Positions 10,944 to 21,945 of a stretch of DNA of 27,161 nucleotides are shown piece by piece. The DNA comes from Octopus sinensis (Eukaryota), in assembly GCF_006345805.1 (NCBI RefSeq), contig NW_021824389.1:1-27161 (forward strand). Direction: 5' to 3'. Positions within the stretch are counted from its first letter, which is position 1. Each line of letters opens with the position of its first letter. The notes beneath the pieces are model-generated. The model was not told the DNA's origin, made no database searches, and was given only the letters and a program-made list of their open reading frames with translations. Both the position numbers and the translations under genes were made by a program.

Positions 10944-11188
10944 GCTGTCAGGTTCAGCGCCTCGCTAGAGTTCCGCATGACTTGCGCACTGGCCACGTGG
11001 TTTCCAGTCGCCATTTTCGAAATGAAAAATGGCTAAAATGAATTCACGAAAGCCTGCAAAATTTTGGAAATTTCGTCCACACAGGGGCGAAATTCTATGT
11101 AAAGATATTTGACAACAAAGACTTTTAAACACGTAAAAATGGCCAACTTACATGGAGCCTATTTGACTCGCGTCCGTCCAGCAGAGGT

Positions 11189-11197
11189 TGATAGATG

Positions 11198-11243
<46 letters not shown>

Positions 11244-11244
11244 T

Positions 11245-11327
<83 letters not shown>

Positions 11328-11338
11328 CAGACAGATAA

Positions 11339-11414
<76 letters not shown>

Positions 11415-11447
11415 GCATTGATAGATAGATAGACAGACAGATAGATA
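11189..11447. repeat. (GACA)n/(GATA)n tetranucleotide array
   Basis: Directly visible. Confidence 0.98.
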
Positions 11448-11489
11448 GGTTGATTCATATAGTGTGTTTGAGTGTATGTGTGTGTGTGT

Positions 11490-11712
11490 ATGTGTGTGTT
11501 TTGTACCCTACCACCGCTTGAGAACCAGTGTTGGTGTGTTTACGTTCCCGTAACTTAGGAGTTCGGCAAAAGAGACCCCGATAAAATAAGTAACAGACGC
11601 AAAACAAAAAAAAAGCTGTACTGGGGTCGAGTCGTTCGACTAAAACTCGTTTAGGCGGTGCCCCAGCATGACCACACTTCTAACGACTGAGAATAGTTTA
11701 AGAATAAGAGAT
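11490..11712 (+). mobile_element. 3' half of SINE family A, diverged
   Basis: cgcttgagaaccagtgttggtgtgtttacgttcccgtaacttagg..ggggtcgagtcgttcgactaaa..ggcggtgccccagcatg aligns with 24915-25085. Confidence 0.85.
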
Positions 11713-12071
11713 GAAATATAACAATCCACATTTACTCCTACACTTCCTCTACGCAGCCGCACCAACAAACATTACTAACAGCACAACTCAAAGCACACTA
11801 CAGCACCAGCACAACCAGTTTTTAACGAGAACAACGAAACTGTATTTTAGGTGTCTTAAAAACTAATGCAGCAATTTATGATGGCTTGCTGCTTTAAGAG
11901 GTGTTTGATCTTTTAGTAGGCCTCCGGCTATTTGAACTCCGGGCCTGTTTACATAATTGACGATCGTGTAATACATATCCTATTATAGCTACATACATGG
12001 TTGCATATTTTGTGTTTTATACATGGATATCACAGAAACTTACGCACATATATGCGTATGTGTATAAATAT

Positions 12072-12412
<341 letters not shown>

Positions 12413-13861
12413 CACATCGACATACACGCACGCTGAGGGAGAGAGAACGACCAGATAAATGTATATTTATATACAGATACAGACAGGCACACGTAAACAT
12501 TCATAGACGCACACAGCTATACAGTCATGCAAAAACACACGTTTTATTAATTAAATTTGATCGCGTAGCCGTAAGCTATAATAGAAGTTAGATTTAAAAT
12601 ATCTTACGACTAATGTACGAAGATACACACACACATACATACATACAATCATAAACATTTGTATTCATACACACATACATATATCTACGTATGTGTGAGT
12701 GCGTGTGTGTATGTGTGTGTGTGTTTATGCTTGTCTGTATGTGTATGTGTGTGTGTGTGTGCATGCTCCTCTACGTGTGTGAGTGTGAGTGTACACAACG
12801 CTTCAGAAAATATATTAAATTTCCTGGACAGGAAGCCAAGTACCAGATTCAAATCCAGAAGTATAGAAGACACTTGGGGCCTTTGTAAGGTCACAAAACC
12901 TGTACATAATGAAGAAATCTTAAGTCAGGAAATACATATTGTTGTTTTTCTAAATACATTATGGAAGAGGCGATATTTCCTTCTTTTTGATAGAGCGCAT
13001 TATCTCCCTTGCCATCTTCTCTTTGTCTGTGTCGCATGCATAACACATATGCACAAGTGTATTGTTACACACCAACATGCACTTATTACTGCTGCAACTC
13101 ATAAAGCAATGGAGAAAGAGAGAGCGAGTGATTGCAAAACAGAAAAGAGAGGAGAGGAGTGAATAATTCATTTTAAAAAGTTAGAAATTCCGGAAGAGTT
13201 CGCAATAAAAAACGGAAACATTAGAAAACTGTGCGTAATTAAATATAAAATGTTAAAAAAAAATAAGCAAAAATGATAGGATATAAAAACCATGTTGAAA
13301 CAAAAGAATACTTAGCAAAATAGCTTACGACGGTAAAAATTATATCTTATACCTGAATGAAAGACTGTCGAAATGAAGTGTGACTATTGTCTAAGTATGA
13401 CGTTTCCCTCGTGTGTGCGCAAGCTGAATAGCTCTGTTTTGGTATTAAGATATAAATCAGAAAGCTTATATAATTCAGAAATTCTTAAGACTTGTGTTCT
13501 TTTCTATAGAGTGGATGCGTATCTTGGTAGCATTTATATATCTTACATTTATCGGAGATCTTCAAACTGACAACAAACACTTTGTATATGTTTAACACAG
13601 ACACACATACCAAACACACACACACACACACGCATACACACATGCATACACACACGCACAAACTCAGACATACACACATATGTATAGCAAGAGAGAGGAG
13701 GAGGGAGATAGAAAAAATCATGTCAAATATCGTACAACATAAATTCTTGATTTATTAATATTATCTCTGCTTTTGAGGATGTGTCAATTATCAAATGACA
13801 ATTAAGATCAGTGCCATTTATAAAGGTTTTGTGTGTGTGTGTGTGTGTACACTATCATATA

Positions 13862-13906
<45 letters not shown>

Positions 13907-14747
13907 CTATATATTATATATATATATATACTGTTACATATATTGTATATGTGCACTCTTATACACACAAATACATACATATACATATTATGTGTGTGTG
14001 TGTGTAGTACCTGATTTTAATTGAGTTATGGAAACATAAATTTTCTATAATGGTTTGTATAGTATTTACTGCTTGGTTGGCCGTATATAAGTATGTATGT
14101 ACAATTAAGATGTCTAGAATAATGATGGAGTATCAAAAGTACTAGAATCTAGTTCTAATGTAAATGAAATAGACTGAATTATTAACTAGGAAAGATTAAC
14201 AGAAGAAATTGTGTACAAACAGAAGTTATAGTTTAATAAATGTTAGATTATGCTGTAATTTCTTCGCAGAATCAGCGACATTACAAACAGAAATGAAAAT
14301 TATACCACTACCATCTATTGTATCTTCATAGATTATTTTGTAATTTAATCGTGACATTCAGCAATGAAAGTACTTAAAATGATTAAGTGTTTAATAAAGA
14401 AATTATTTAGACTCTTAGATATGTCAATGATATCCTTCCATACTTATGACTAATGACAGCAAATCGATAGAATACATATTTGTCATGTTGATATATATTT
14501 TTTTTTTCGGCAAACGATATACGCACGCACACACAAACACAAACCCATGCACATTCGTAAACACACCAACACAAACGCATACACGCGTCAAATTTCGTAA
14601 CTACATTCCAAATTTATTTAATCTTAACACTTGTTATATAATCATTTATGATGTATATTGTTTTGGAACAGAAACTCTAAATCATTTTTAGTACTTACCA
14701 TTCAGGTAAAATACTTGAGAGAGAGGTTATCGAGAATATATCAACCC

Positions 14748-14822
14748 GTGATGTATTTACCATGCGATAAAATTGCCGGGTGATATATTTACCGCGATGT
14801 AATTACCAGGGTTGAATTAACA
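14748..14822 (+). repeat. Short array of 14-16 bp units, consensus gYgatRtaWttRcc
   Basis: gtgatgtatttacc, gcgataaaattgcc, gtgatatatttacc, gcgatgtaattacc, then gttgaattaac. Confidence 0.75.
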
Positions 14823-15146
14823 TACGACCATTCTATCTCTGTGCAATGTTTGATTTATGCTTGCTCGCACAAGAGATAATGCGATGAAAGATAAGAAGTG
14901 ATTTCGACTGACTTATGTGACTACGTTGGTCTCAGTAACTGTAGGGAATATTGTTTTGTTTTTACGCATACGCTACATATCGTTTCCGTGGGAGAAGCAG
15001 TTCTTGTCGCAAACATTTAACACGTGACATTGCCTCACATCCTGGTGGTTGTTTGTATGTGTAGTGGACCTATCATTCATCTACTGGAAATTTATAACCA
15101 CCATGTCTATTGATGCAAGATTAAATTATATGTGTGTGTGTTCATG

Positions 15147-15180
<34 letters not shown>

Positions 15181-15436
15181 TGTATGTATGCATGCATGCA
15201 TGTATGTCGTTATTCAGTTTTATTTGAAGATTTCATACCAATACAGAAAGAGCCGTTTTCTAACTTAGATCCAAGGCTCCTGCATTGGAATTTCAACAAC
15301 ACAACAACAACAACAACACAGGATATTCTTATATGTAAATATATGTGCAAATTTGTATGTTTTATTTTATGTATGTATTCTCATGCATAAATTTGCATGT
15401 CTAAACATACTTTTATATGCTTAAATGATTAAACTT

Positions 15437-15615
15437 GGCTGTGTGGTAAGTAGCTTGATAACCAACCACATGGTTCCGGGTTCAGTCCCACTGCGTGGCA
15501 TCTTGGTCAAGTTCTTCTGCTATAGCCCCGGCGCGGCCAATGCCTTGTGAGTGGATTTGGTAGACGGAAACTGAAAGAAGCCCTGTCGTATATATGTATA
15601 TATATATATATATGT

Positions 15616-15659
<44 letters not shown>

Positions 15660-15896
15660 TGTGTGTGTGTCTGTGTGTCTGTGTGTCTGTGTGTCTGTGT
15701 TTGTCACCCTAGCATTGCTTGACAACCGATGCGGGTGTGTTTACGTCCCTGTCAATTAGCGGTTCGGCAAAACAGACCGATAGAATAAGTACTGGGCTCA
15801 CAAAGAATAAGTCCCGGGGTCGATTTGCTCGACTAAAGGCGGTGTTCCAGCATGGCCGCAGTCAAATGACTGAAACAAGTAAAAGCGTAAAAGAGT
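15437..15896 (+). mobile_element. tRNA-derived SINE, family A, with internal (TA)n(TG)n tract
   Basis: Head tggctgtgtggtaag..ggttcagtccc, body ccttgtgagtggatttggtagacggaaactgaaagaagccc, tail tgactgaaacaagtaaaag; closely similar to 22080-22422 and 24686-25086. Confidence 0.92.
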
Positions 15897-16147
15897 ATAT
15901 ATATATATATATATAATCAATTAATCAATATAGGGTGGCAAAAAAATTCAGCAAAATTATTTGCCACCAGCGGCCTAGTGGGAAAAAGTAAATAGTCAGA
16001 GACCATTAATAATTTCAACAGCAAAATTTAGGACGGCCATAATAGGCCGTTCAAACCCACTAGAAATAGCAGCCAAGGCTTCAAATCAAACCGCAACAAT
16101 ATTAATTCCGTAAACCAGGAGAAAATTAAAAAACATTTACCCTGTAA

Positions 16148-16252
16148 TACCTTATACAATGCATCGTTTCGTCTATTTTTTTAATGGTAAATCACTTGAT
16201 TAAATTAAATCAAGTTAATCTTCCATAGGCCAATAAATTCGTCAGTAAGGTA
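16148..16252 (-). ncRNA. Type I hammerhead ribozyme motif with long stem II
   Basis: Minus strand: tacctta-CTGACGA-[atttatt..aatagac]-GAAA-cgatgcatt-GTA-taaggta. Confidence 0.75.
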
Positions 16253-16621
16253 AGCCAGACGGGACGGATATTTGCACGAGGCAGCACCATTACTGTCTCG
16301 GCTATATCTGACCTAAAATTTTCAAATCATCGTACTCGCGCCTATTATGGCCGTTCCTAAATTTTGCTGTTGAATTTATTAATGGTCTCTGACTATTTAC
16401 TTTTTTCCCACTAGGCCGCTGGTGGCAAATAATTTCTGCTGAATTTTTTTGCCACCCTATATTGATTAATTATGAATTTTCTGTTTAATTCCGAAATGGA
16501 ATCTGCAGCTTATATTTGCTGCCGATAATTTGGCGCGAGTACGATGATTTGAAAATTTTAGGTCAGATATAGCCGAGACAGTAATGGTGCTGCCTCGTGC
16601 CAATATCTGTCCCGTCTGGCT

Positions 16622-16724
16622 TACCTTACTGATGAATTTTTGGCCTATGGAAGATTAGCTTGATTTAATTTAATCAAGTTGATTTACCATTAAAAATAGA
16701 CGAAACGATGCATTGTATAAGGTA
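16622..16724 (+). ncRNA. Type I hammerhead ribozyme motif with long stem II
   Basis: Stem I tacctta (16622-16628)/taaggta (16718-16724); CTGATGA 16629-16635; GAAA 16702-16705; near-palindromic stem III acgatgcattgt; GUA triplet 16715-16717. Confidence 0.75.
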
Positions 16725-16845
16725 TTACAGGGTAAATGTTTTTTAAATTTTCTCCTGGTTTACGGAATTAATATTGTTTTGCGTTGAAGCCTGGCTGCTA
16801 TTTCTAGTGGGTTGAACGGCCTATTATGGCCGTTCCTAAATTTTG

Positions 16846-16895
<50 letters not shown>

Positions 16896-17085
16896 TATAA
16901 GTTTGGATTTATTCCCTAATATTTATTATATATATAATATATCTATATACATTATTAGAGAGAATATTAGAGTTTAGTGCACTGTGATCTAAATGAATAG
17001 GTACGCTCTGTGTTAGTGCTATAAGTGGTCATCCGTTAGGTTCCAAGTTCGCTAGGGATCCGCAGTAGGCTTCCGAGTCAGCAGG

Positions 17086-17507
17086 TATATATTAGAACAA
17101 AATCAATGCAGGATGAGTGTCTCAAGTCATTTAGAATATTTAGAGTAAGGTGAATTTGAAGTAATTAATTAATTAATTAATTAATTAATTAGTTCATTCG
17201 TTAATCAATTGATGTCTTTGAGCTGTTTCTGAGATATCCCAAGTGATAGGTTAGCATATCCAGACACTGGGACCAACCAAAGCCTTGTGAGTGGATTTGG
17301 TAGACAGAACCTGAAAGAAGCCCATGGAGATGCTAACGTATCACTTGTGATATCCCAGAAAAAGCTGTAAGACATCCATAAATTAATTAATTAATTAATT
17401 AACTAATTAATCAATTACTTCAAATTCATCTTAGTCTAATTAAATATTCTAAATGACTTGAGGCACTTGTCCTGCTTTGGTTTTTCTGTCCTTCTCACTA
17501 ATATATA
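17086..17507. repeat. Imperfect inverted repeat (fold-back/MITE-like), arms 17086-17262 and 17325-17507, with a SINE A fragment as the loop
   Basis: gcaggatgagtgtctcaagtcatttagaatattta pairs with taaatattctaaatgacttgaggcacttgtcctgc; both arms contain (TAAT)n. Confidence 0.9.
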
Positions 17508-17676
17508 TATAATATATATTATTTATATATGGCGAGAAGTTGAGGTATAGAGATAAGGTGTCATTAATGACCCAAAGATGTCAGTAATGCTGAATAAGTG
17601 CTATAGACAGACCATAGTTAAGTTCCAGATTCGGTAATTTTGCAAATAAGGGTTTCAACGTTGGTTCTATGTCAGC

Positions 17677-17836
17677 GTGTGTGTATATAAGAATTTTTTG
17701 CGTAATGAGATAAAAAACCAAGGGTGTGTAGATATTAGAACAATTAGCTGTAAGACCTATCTATAAATGTTCTGACATCTACACAGCATTGGGTTTTTTT
17801 TATTTCATTACGCAAAAAATTCTTATATATATACAC
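17677..17836. repeat. Imperfect inverted repeat, arms 17677-17746 and 17764-17836
   Basis: tatataagaattttttgcgtaatga pairs with tcattacgcaaaaaattcttatata; gtgtagatattagaaca pairs with tgttctgacatctacac. Confidence 0.9.
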
Positions 17837-18638
17837 CTCCTATTAAGACTCTTATTGGTGTGATAAAGAAAATAGAAATTGTCCAAATAAATGCATACTG
17901 TTCTTGAGAAGACCAATACTTGAGTGAAATTTTGCATCATTTCAACAGCAAAAGCTTTTAATATCGTTCACATCACTAGACTCCATTCGGTCGGACAAGT
18001 GAATAAATTGAAAACAAAATATAAATACAAAAAAGTGCTTCGTTTGGCTTGGGCTTTTTTTTTTTTTTTTTTTTTTTACTTGGTTGAAATACCAAAAGAA
18101 GGTTTAAGGTGCACTGATGTGACTAATCCGGACTAGTTATAATGACGGCTTTTATGGGACTTCGACTCTGAATACATGTTAGCAATATATATTTTACATA
18201 GCATTTTATAAATGCTTTATCGCTATCTGTATATATATTTCAGACTACCGGATTCGATGCTGTTTCGAGTATGCAATATAGGTAAGCCGAAGCTACGGTG
18301 AAATACGCATCTGTTGCTGTTATGATCACTTCAGAGGCGATTTCGTTTACCTAGCTCTGAAATATATCATGATTTTTAACACTGTACATATTTAAAAAGA
18401 TTTTTTTTCTAGCTTCTGAGAAAAAACGCAGCTTCTGCCGTTTAAGCAACACACATATGTTAACTATGTTGTATTGATAATGTTTTGTTTTGTTTTGTTT
18501 TTTGTTTTTGTTTTTCATAATTAAAATTTATTAGCAAAAACTTTTTTCGTGTTAAATTAAAAAGGGACGAAACATTTTCTTTATAAAATATAAAATTAAA
18601 CCTGACTAGACATAGCTGCGAGTCGTATGCTTGGCACC

Positions 18639-18870
18639 TATTTCTTTACTACCCATTTCTTTACTAAACACAGAGGGGACAAACAAGGACAGGCACACAG
18701 ATTAAGCCGATTACATCGACCCCAGTGCGTAACTGGTACTTAATTTATCGACCCCGAAAGGATGAAAGGCAAAGTCGACCTCGGCGGAATTTGAACTCAG
18801 AACGTAGCGGCAGACGAAATGCGGTTACGCATTGCGCCCGGTGTGCTAACATTTCTGCCAGCTCGCCGCC
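18639..18870 (-). mobile_element. Full-length tRNA-derived SINE, family B, with 14-bp TSD
   Basis: Minus-strand head ggcggcgagctggcagaaatgttagcac..gagttcaaattccgcc; tail (agtaaagaaat)x2; TSD gtatgcttgRcacc at 18625-18638 and 18871-18884. Confidence 0.92.
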
Positions 18871-19204
18871 GTATGCTTGACACCACTGACCTAGAGATCA
18901 TCAGGACTAGGTGTAGTTAGTATGGGGCCTTTGGGGGCTACACTATGGATGCAGAACATGAGACCGGCTAGCTGCGAGGAGTAGATGCGACAGAAACAGC
19001 GATAGTGAAGTGAGAGTGAGGTAACGTCACGTCCATTGACTAGAGTTTGGATTGTGTTGGCAAGAAACTTCGCATCATTGGCCATTTACTGATATAGTTT
19101 GTGTTGCGTGTATGTCTGGCAGCAGCAACGTTCTAGATGTGGGGCTGTAATTCCATTGAGTTTCATGTGTAGTTGTTGAGAGCTGAAGTAATAACTGGCT
19201 TTGG

Positions 19205-19400
19205 GATCTTAACGGCAACAACAATAACAATATCGCAACGAAAACAACGATGGCAATAACGTTAACAACGATGACAACATCGGCAGTCGTGACAACAGTA
19301 AAATGACAACGACAACGACACCAACAAAAACAACAATCACAACAGCAGAAAAACACCAGACCAACAAGAGTGACACAACAATAAAAATAAAACAAAAGTA
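19205..19400. repeat. Degenerate (AAC)n trinucleotide region
   Basis: caacaacaataacaa..aacgacaacgacaccaacaa. Confidence 0.85.
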
Positions 19401-19802
19401 ATGCGCTAACAAGGTGGTAAGGAGTACAATTCGCAAGGCAGACGTCAGATGTTTGATGGCAGGAGAAAAGAAAAAGAGAGACAGATAGAAAGAAAGAGAC
19501 AATATATGCATTATTTAGTCGTCGATTTTGTCACGTGTTCAGACTTTCATTTTGTCTGAGACGGTCACAGGACGAAGTGGCTAGATAATACAATGCTTAT
19601 TTCCATCAAACGCTGCCTAGTAATTATGTCGTTGTATTAATTGCTAGCCCCTAATTATCACCACCACCAACAACAGTAACAACAATATACTTTATACGTG
19701 CCGATGACTCAGGTCTGTTGTACTCAAAATGGCGCTTAACATTCAGTTTCTCTTGGTATTGTTACGCAATTGTCCCTTCAACTCTTTCATGACTTTACAC
19801 AC

Positions 19803-19812
19803 TCTCCTCGTC

Positions 19813-19852
<40 letters not shown>

Positions 19853-20402
19853 CTTCCTCTTTTTCTCTCTCTTTCTCACTCTCTCACTGTTTCCCTATCT
19901 CTTTTTTCTTCCTACAAATATATATATATACATATCTTTTTGTATATCTGTATATATGTATGTGTGTGTTTATGTATGTATGCATGTATGTACGTGTGTG
20001 TGTTTATGTATGTCTGTATGTTCAACTACCTTCGTCTACAGCATTTTGTTAATCTTTTCCATGTCTTTAGTCCCGTCTCTTCCCCTCTCTCTCCTTTTAC
20101 ACTTTCTCTCTTTCCCTCTCTCTCCCTCTCTTACACTTTCTCTCACTCTCCCTCTCTCACCCTCTCTTACTCTTTCTCTCGCTCTCCCTCTCTCACCCTC
20201 TCTCTCTCTCTCTTAATCTCTCTCAATTTCGCTCTCCTTCTCTCTACCCTCTACTCTTTCTCTCTCTGACTCTATCACCCTCTCTCTCACTCTCACTCAC
20301 TTCTTTCACCTCCTCTCTCTCCCACTCTTTCTCTGTCCTCTTTACCCTTTCTTTTTCTCTCCCTCCATTTCTCTCTTTCTCCTTTTACTCCCTCCCCACT
20401 CT
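19803..20402. repeat. Polypyrimidine (CT)-rich tract including a ~30-bp tandem unit at about 20110-20200
   Basis: ccctctctMMccctctcttacWctttctctcRct is repeated 2-3 times. Confidence 0.9.
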
Positions 20403-20637
20403 GTCAATCGTATTCTGTGTACTCGTAACAAATAGCTTAACGTCGTGATTGGCATAAGGTTATCACGTGATACTAAAGCACTTGATGTCATTTTCGTTTG
20501 AAATACGGACTATTCGCACACATAGAAGTGCACAGACGCTAACACATACACTTAGATGTACCTACAAGCACACACATACACATATTGTATGCACAAAAAT
20601 AACCTCTATTCACACAGGCAAATTCAGAGAAAAAGGG

Positions 20638-20690
<53 letters not shown>

Positions 20691-21321
20691 TTGTATGTGG
20701 GTGTGTGTGTTTGTGTGTGTGTATGAGTGCATCTACTTGTATACACACACATATATGTATCTACTTTGTTTTTACGTCTTTGTTCTCTGCTTTACTTGCA
20801 CACAAAAGAACTTCTATGTGGCTACTCGACGTGATAGATATAACAGCCAAAATACCCTTAAAATGAAGCCTGGTGTTTTAAATACACCACGGTATCTTAA
20901 ATAACGGGATAGTCAGTTCAATGGGATCAGACAAGCATACAAACATATTTGTATTACGCGAGGAATGATAAAAGTGGTGTGCGTGCACATACGTGTGTGT
21001 GTAATATATATGTGTATATACACACATACATACACGTAAGCAAAACAAGGTGGGAAAAATAGTACTCGAATACCAAAGGTAGAGTAATATGCTCTCATCA
21101 AAGCTGCAAAATTATCACAAGGCTGTTACTGTGGGTTTCACGTTCCCATTTGCTAGACAGTATATATATATGTATGTGTGTGGTTGGGAATTCTTGGATA
21201 TTTAATTCTATATATATATATATGCATGTATGTATGTATGTATATATATATATAATATATATATATATTATATATATATTATATATATATATATTATATG
21301 TGTGTGTGTGTGTGTGTGTGT

Positions 21322-21489
21322 GTCCTCCTTTCTCTGGATCGTTCCTTTTCCTATGTTTCTGACGAAGAGCTCCGCTCAAACGTAAAACCCCCCCTTCCCT
21401 TCCTTCCTGAGCGTCCAATAATACTATATTTGTTTCACGTCTTCGCGTTGTGGTGTTTTCTCTTTGTGTTTTCATGTTTAGATTAACTA
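21322..21489 (+). mobile_element. ~170-bp non-autonomous element between (TG)n and (TA)n, carrying a minimal HHR (21355-21388) with G12 deleted
   Basis: gttt-CTGACGA-a-gagc(tcc)gctc-[G missing]AAA-c-GTA-aaac, then ttcctgagcgtc shared with 1287-1298. Confidence 0.7.
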
Positions 21490-21544
<55 letters not shown>

Positions 21545-21672
21545 TCTATGTATGTATTATATCTTTATATATATATATTATATATCATATATATATGCAT
21601 GTATGTATGTGGTGTATATATATATATATATATATCATATTATATATATATAATATACACATACATACATGT

Positions 21673-21945
21673 GGAGGTGCAATGTCCCAGTGGTTAGGGC
21701 AGCGGACTCGCGGTCTTAGGATCACGGTTCGATTCCCAGACCGGGCGTTGTGAGTATGTATTGAGCGAAAACACCTAAAGCTCCTCGAGGCTCCGGCAGG
21801 GGTGGGAGTGATCCCTGCTGTACTCTTTCGCCCCAACTTCCTCTCACTCTTTCATCTGTATGCCTGCTCGCTTAGCCAGCGGTGTGACCTCATTTGAAGA
21901 CTAAAACAATGCGAAACACATTGTGATCAGCGATATGTGACAAAG
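21673..21945 (+). mobile_element. tRNA-derived SINE, family C head and body with a different 3' tail
   Basis: 21673-21853 aligns with 2513-2694 (minus); B box ggttcgattccc. The 3' boundary is approximate. Confidence 0.85.

Larger units (their letters stand above)
8937..10960 (-). mobile_element. Degenerate L1/Tx1-clade non-LTR retrotransposon lacking endonuclease and RT
   Basis: ORF1-like region (Thr-rich start, KYFAEALK, VVVEGRRHSCYCGNEEHLKTDCP zinc knuckle) is joined directly to post-RT ORF2 sequence. The 5' UTR may extend to ~11180. Confidence 0.85.
15919..16849. mobile_element. Head-to-head pair of a 479-bp HHR-containing unit (Penelope pLTR- or retrozyme-like) inserted in (TA)n
   Basis: 15919-16047 is the reverse complement of 16340-16471, and 16018-16342 of 16532-16849. 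A 31-bp direct repeat lies at 16340-16370 and 16819-16849. TA runs flank both sides. Confidence 0.8.

Noticed and set aside
12790-12960. Complex-looking part of ORF 12659-13162 as a possible host exon
   Set aside because: There is no recognisable domain or convincing splice-site pair, and the ORF length is inflated by the upstream TG repeat.
18898-18911. CTGATGA on the minus strand next to the SINE insertion
   Set aside because: Even after removing the SINE and one TSD, there is no GAAA or complementary stem I.
20822-20865. tagatataacagccaa resembling tagaaatagcagccaa at 16062-16077
   Set aside because: The match is too short to establish homology from this window alone.
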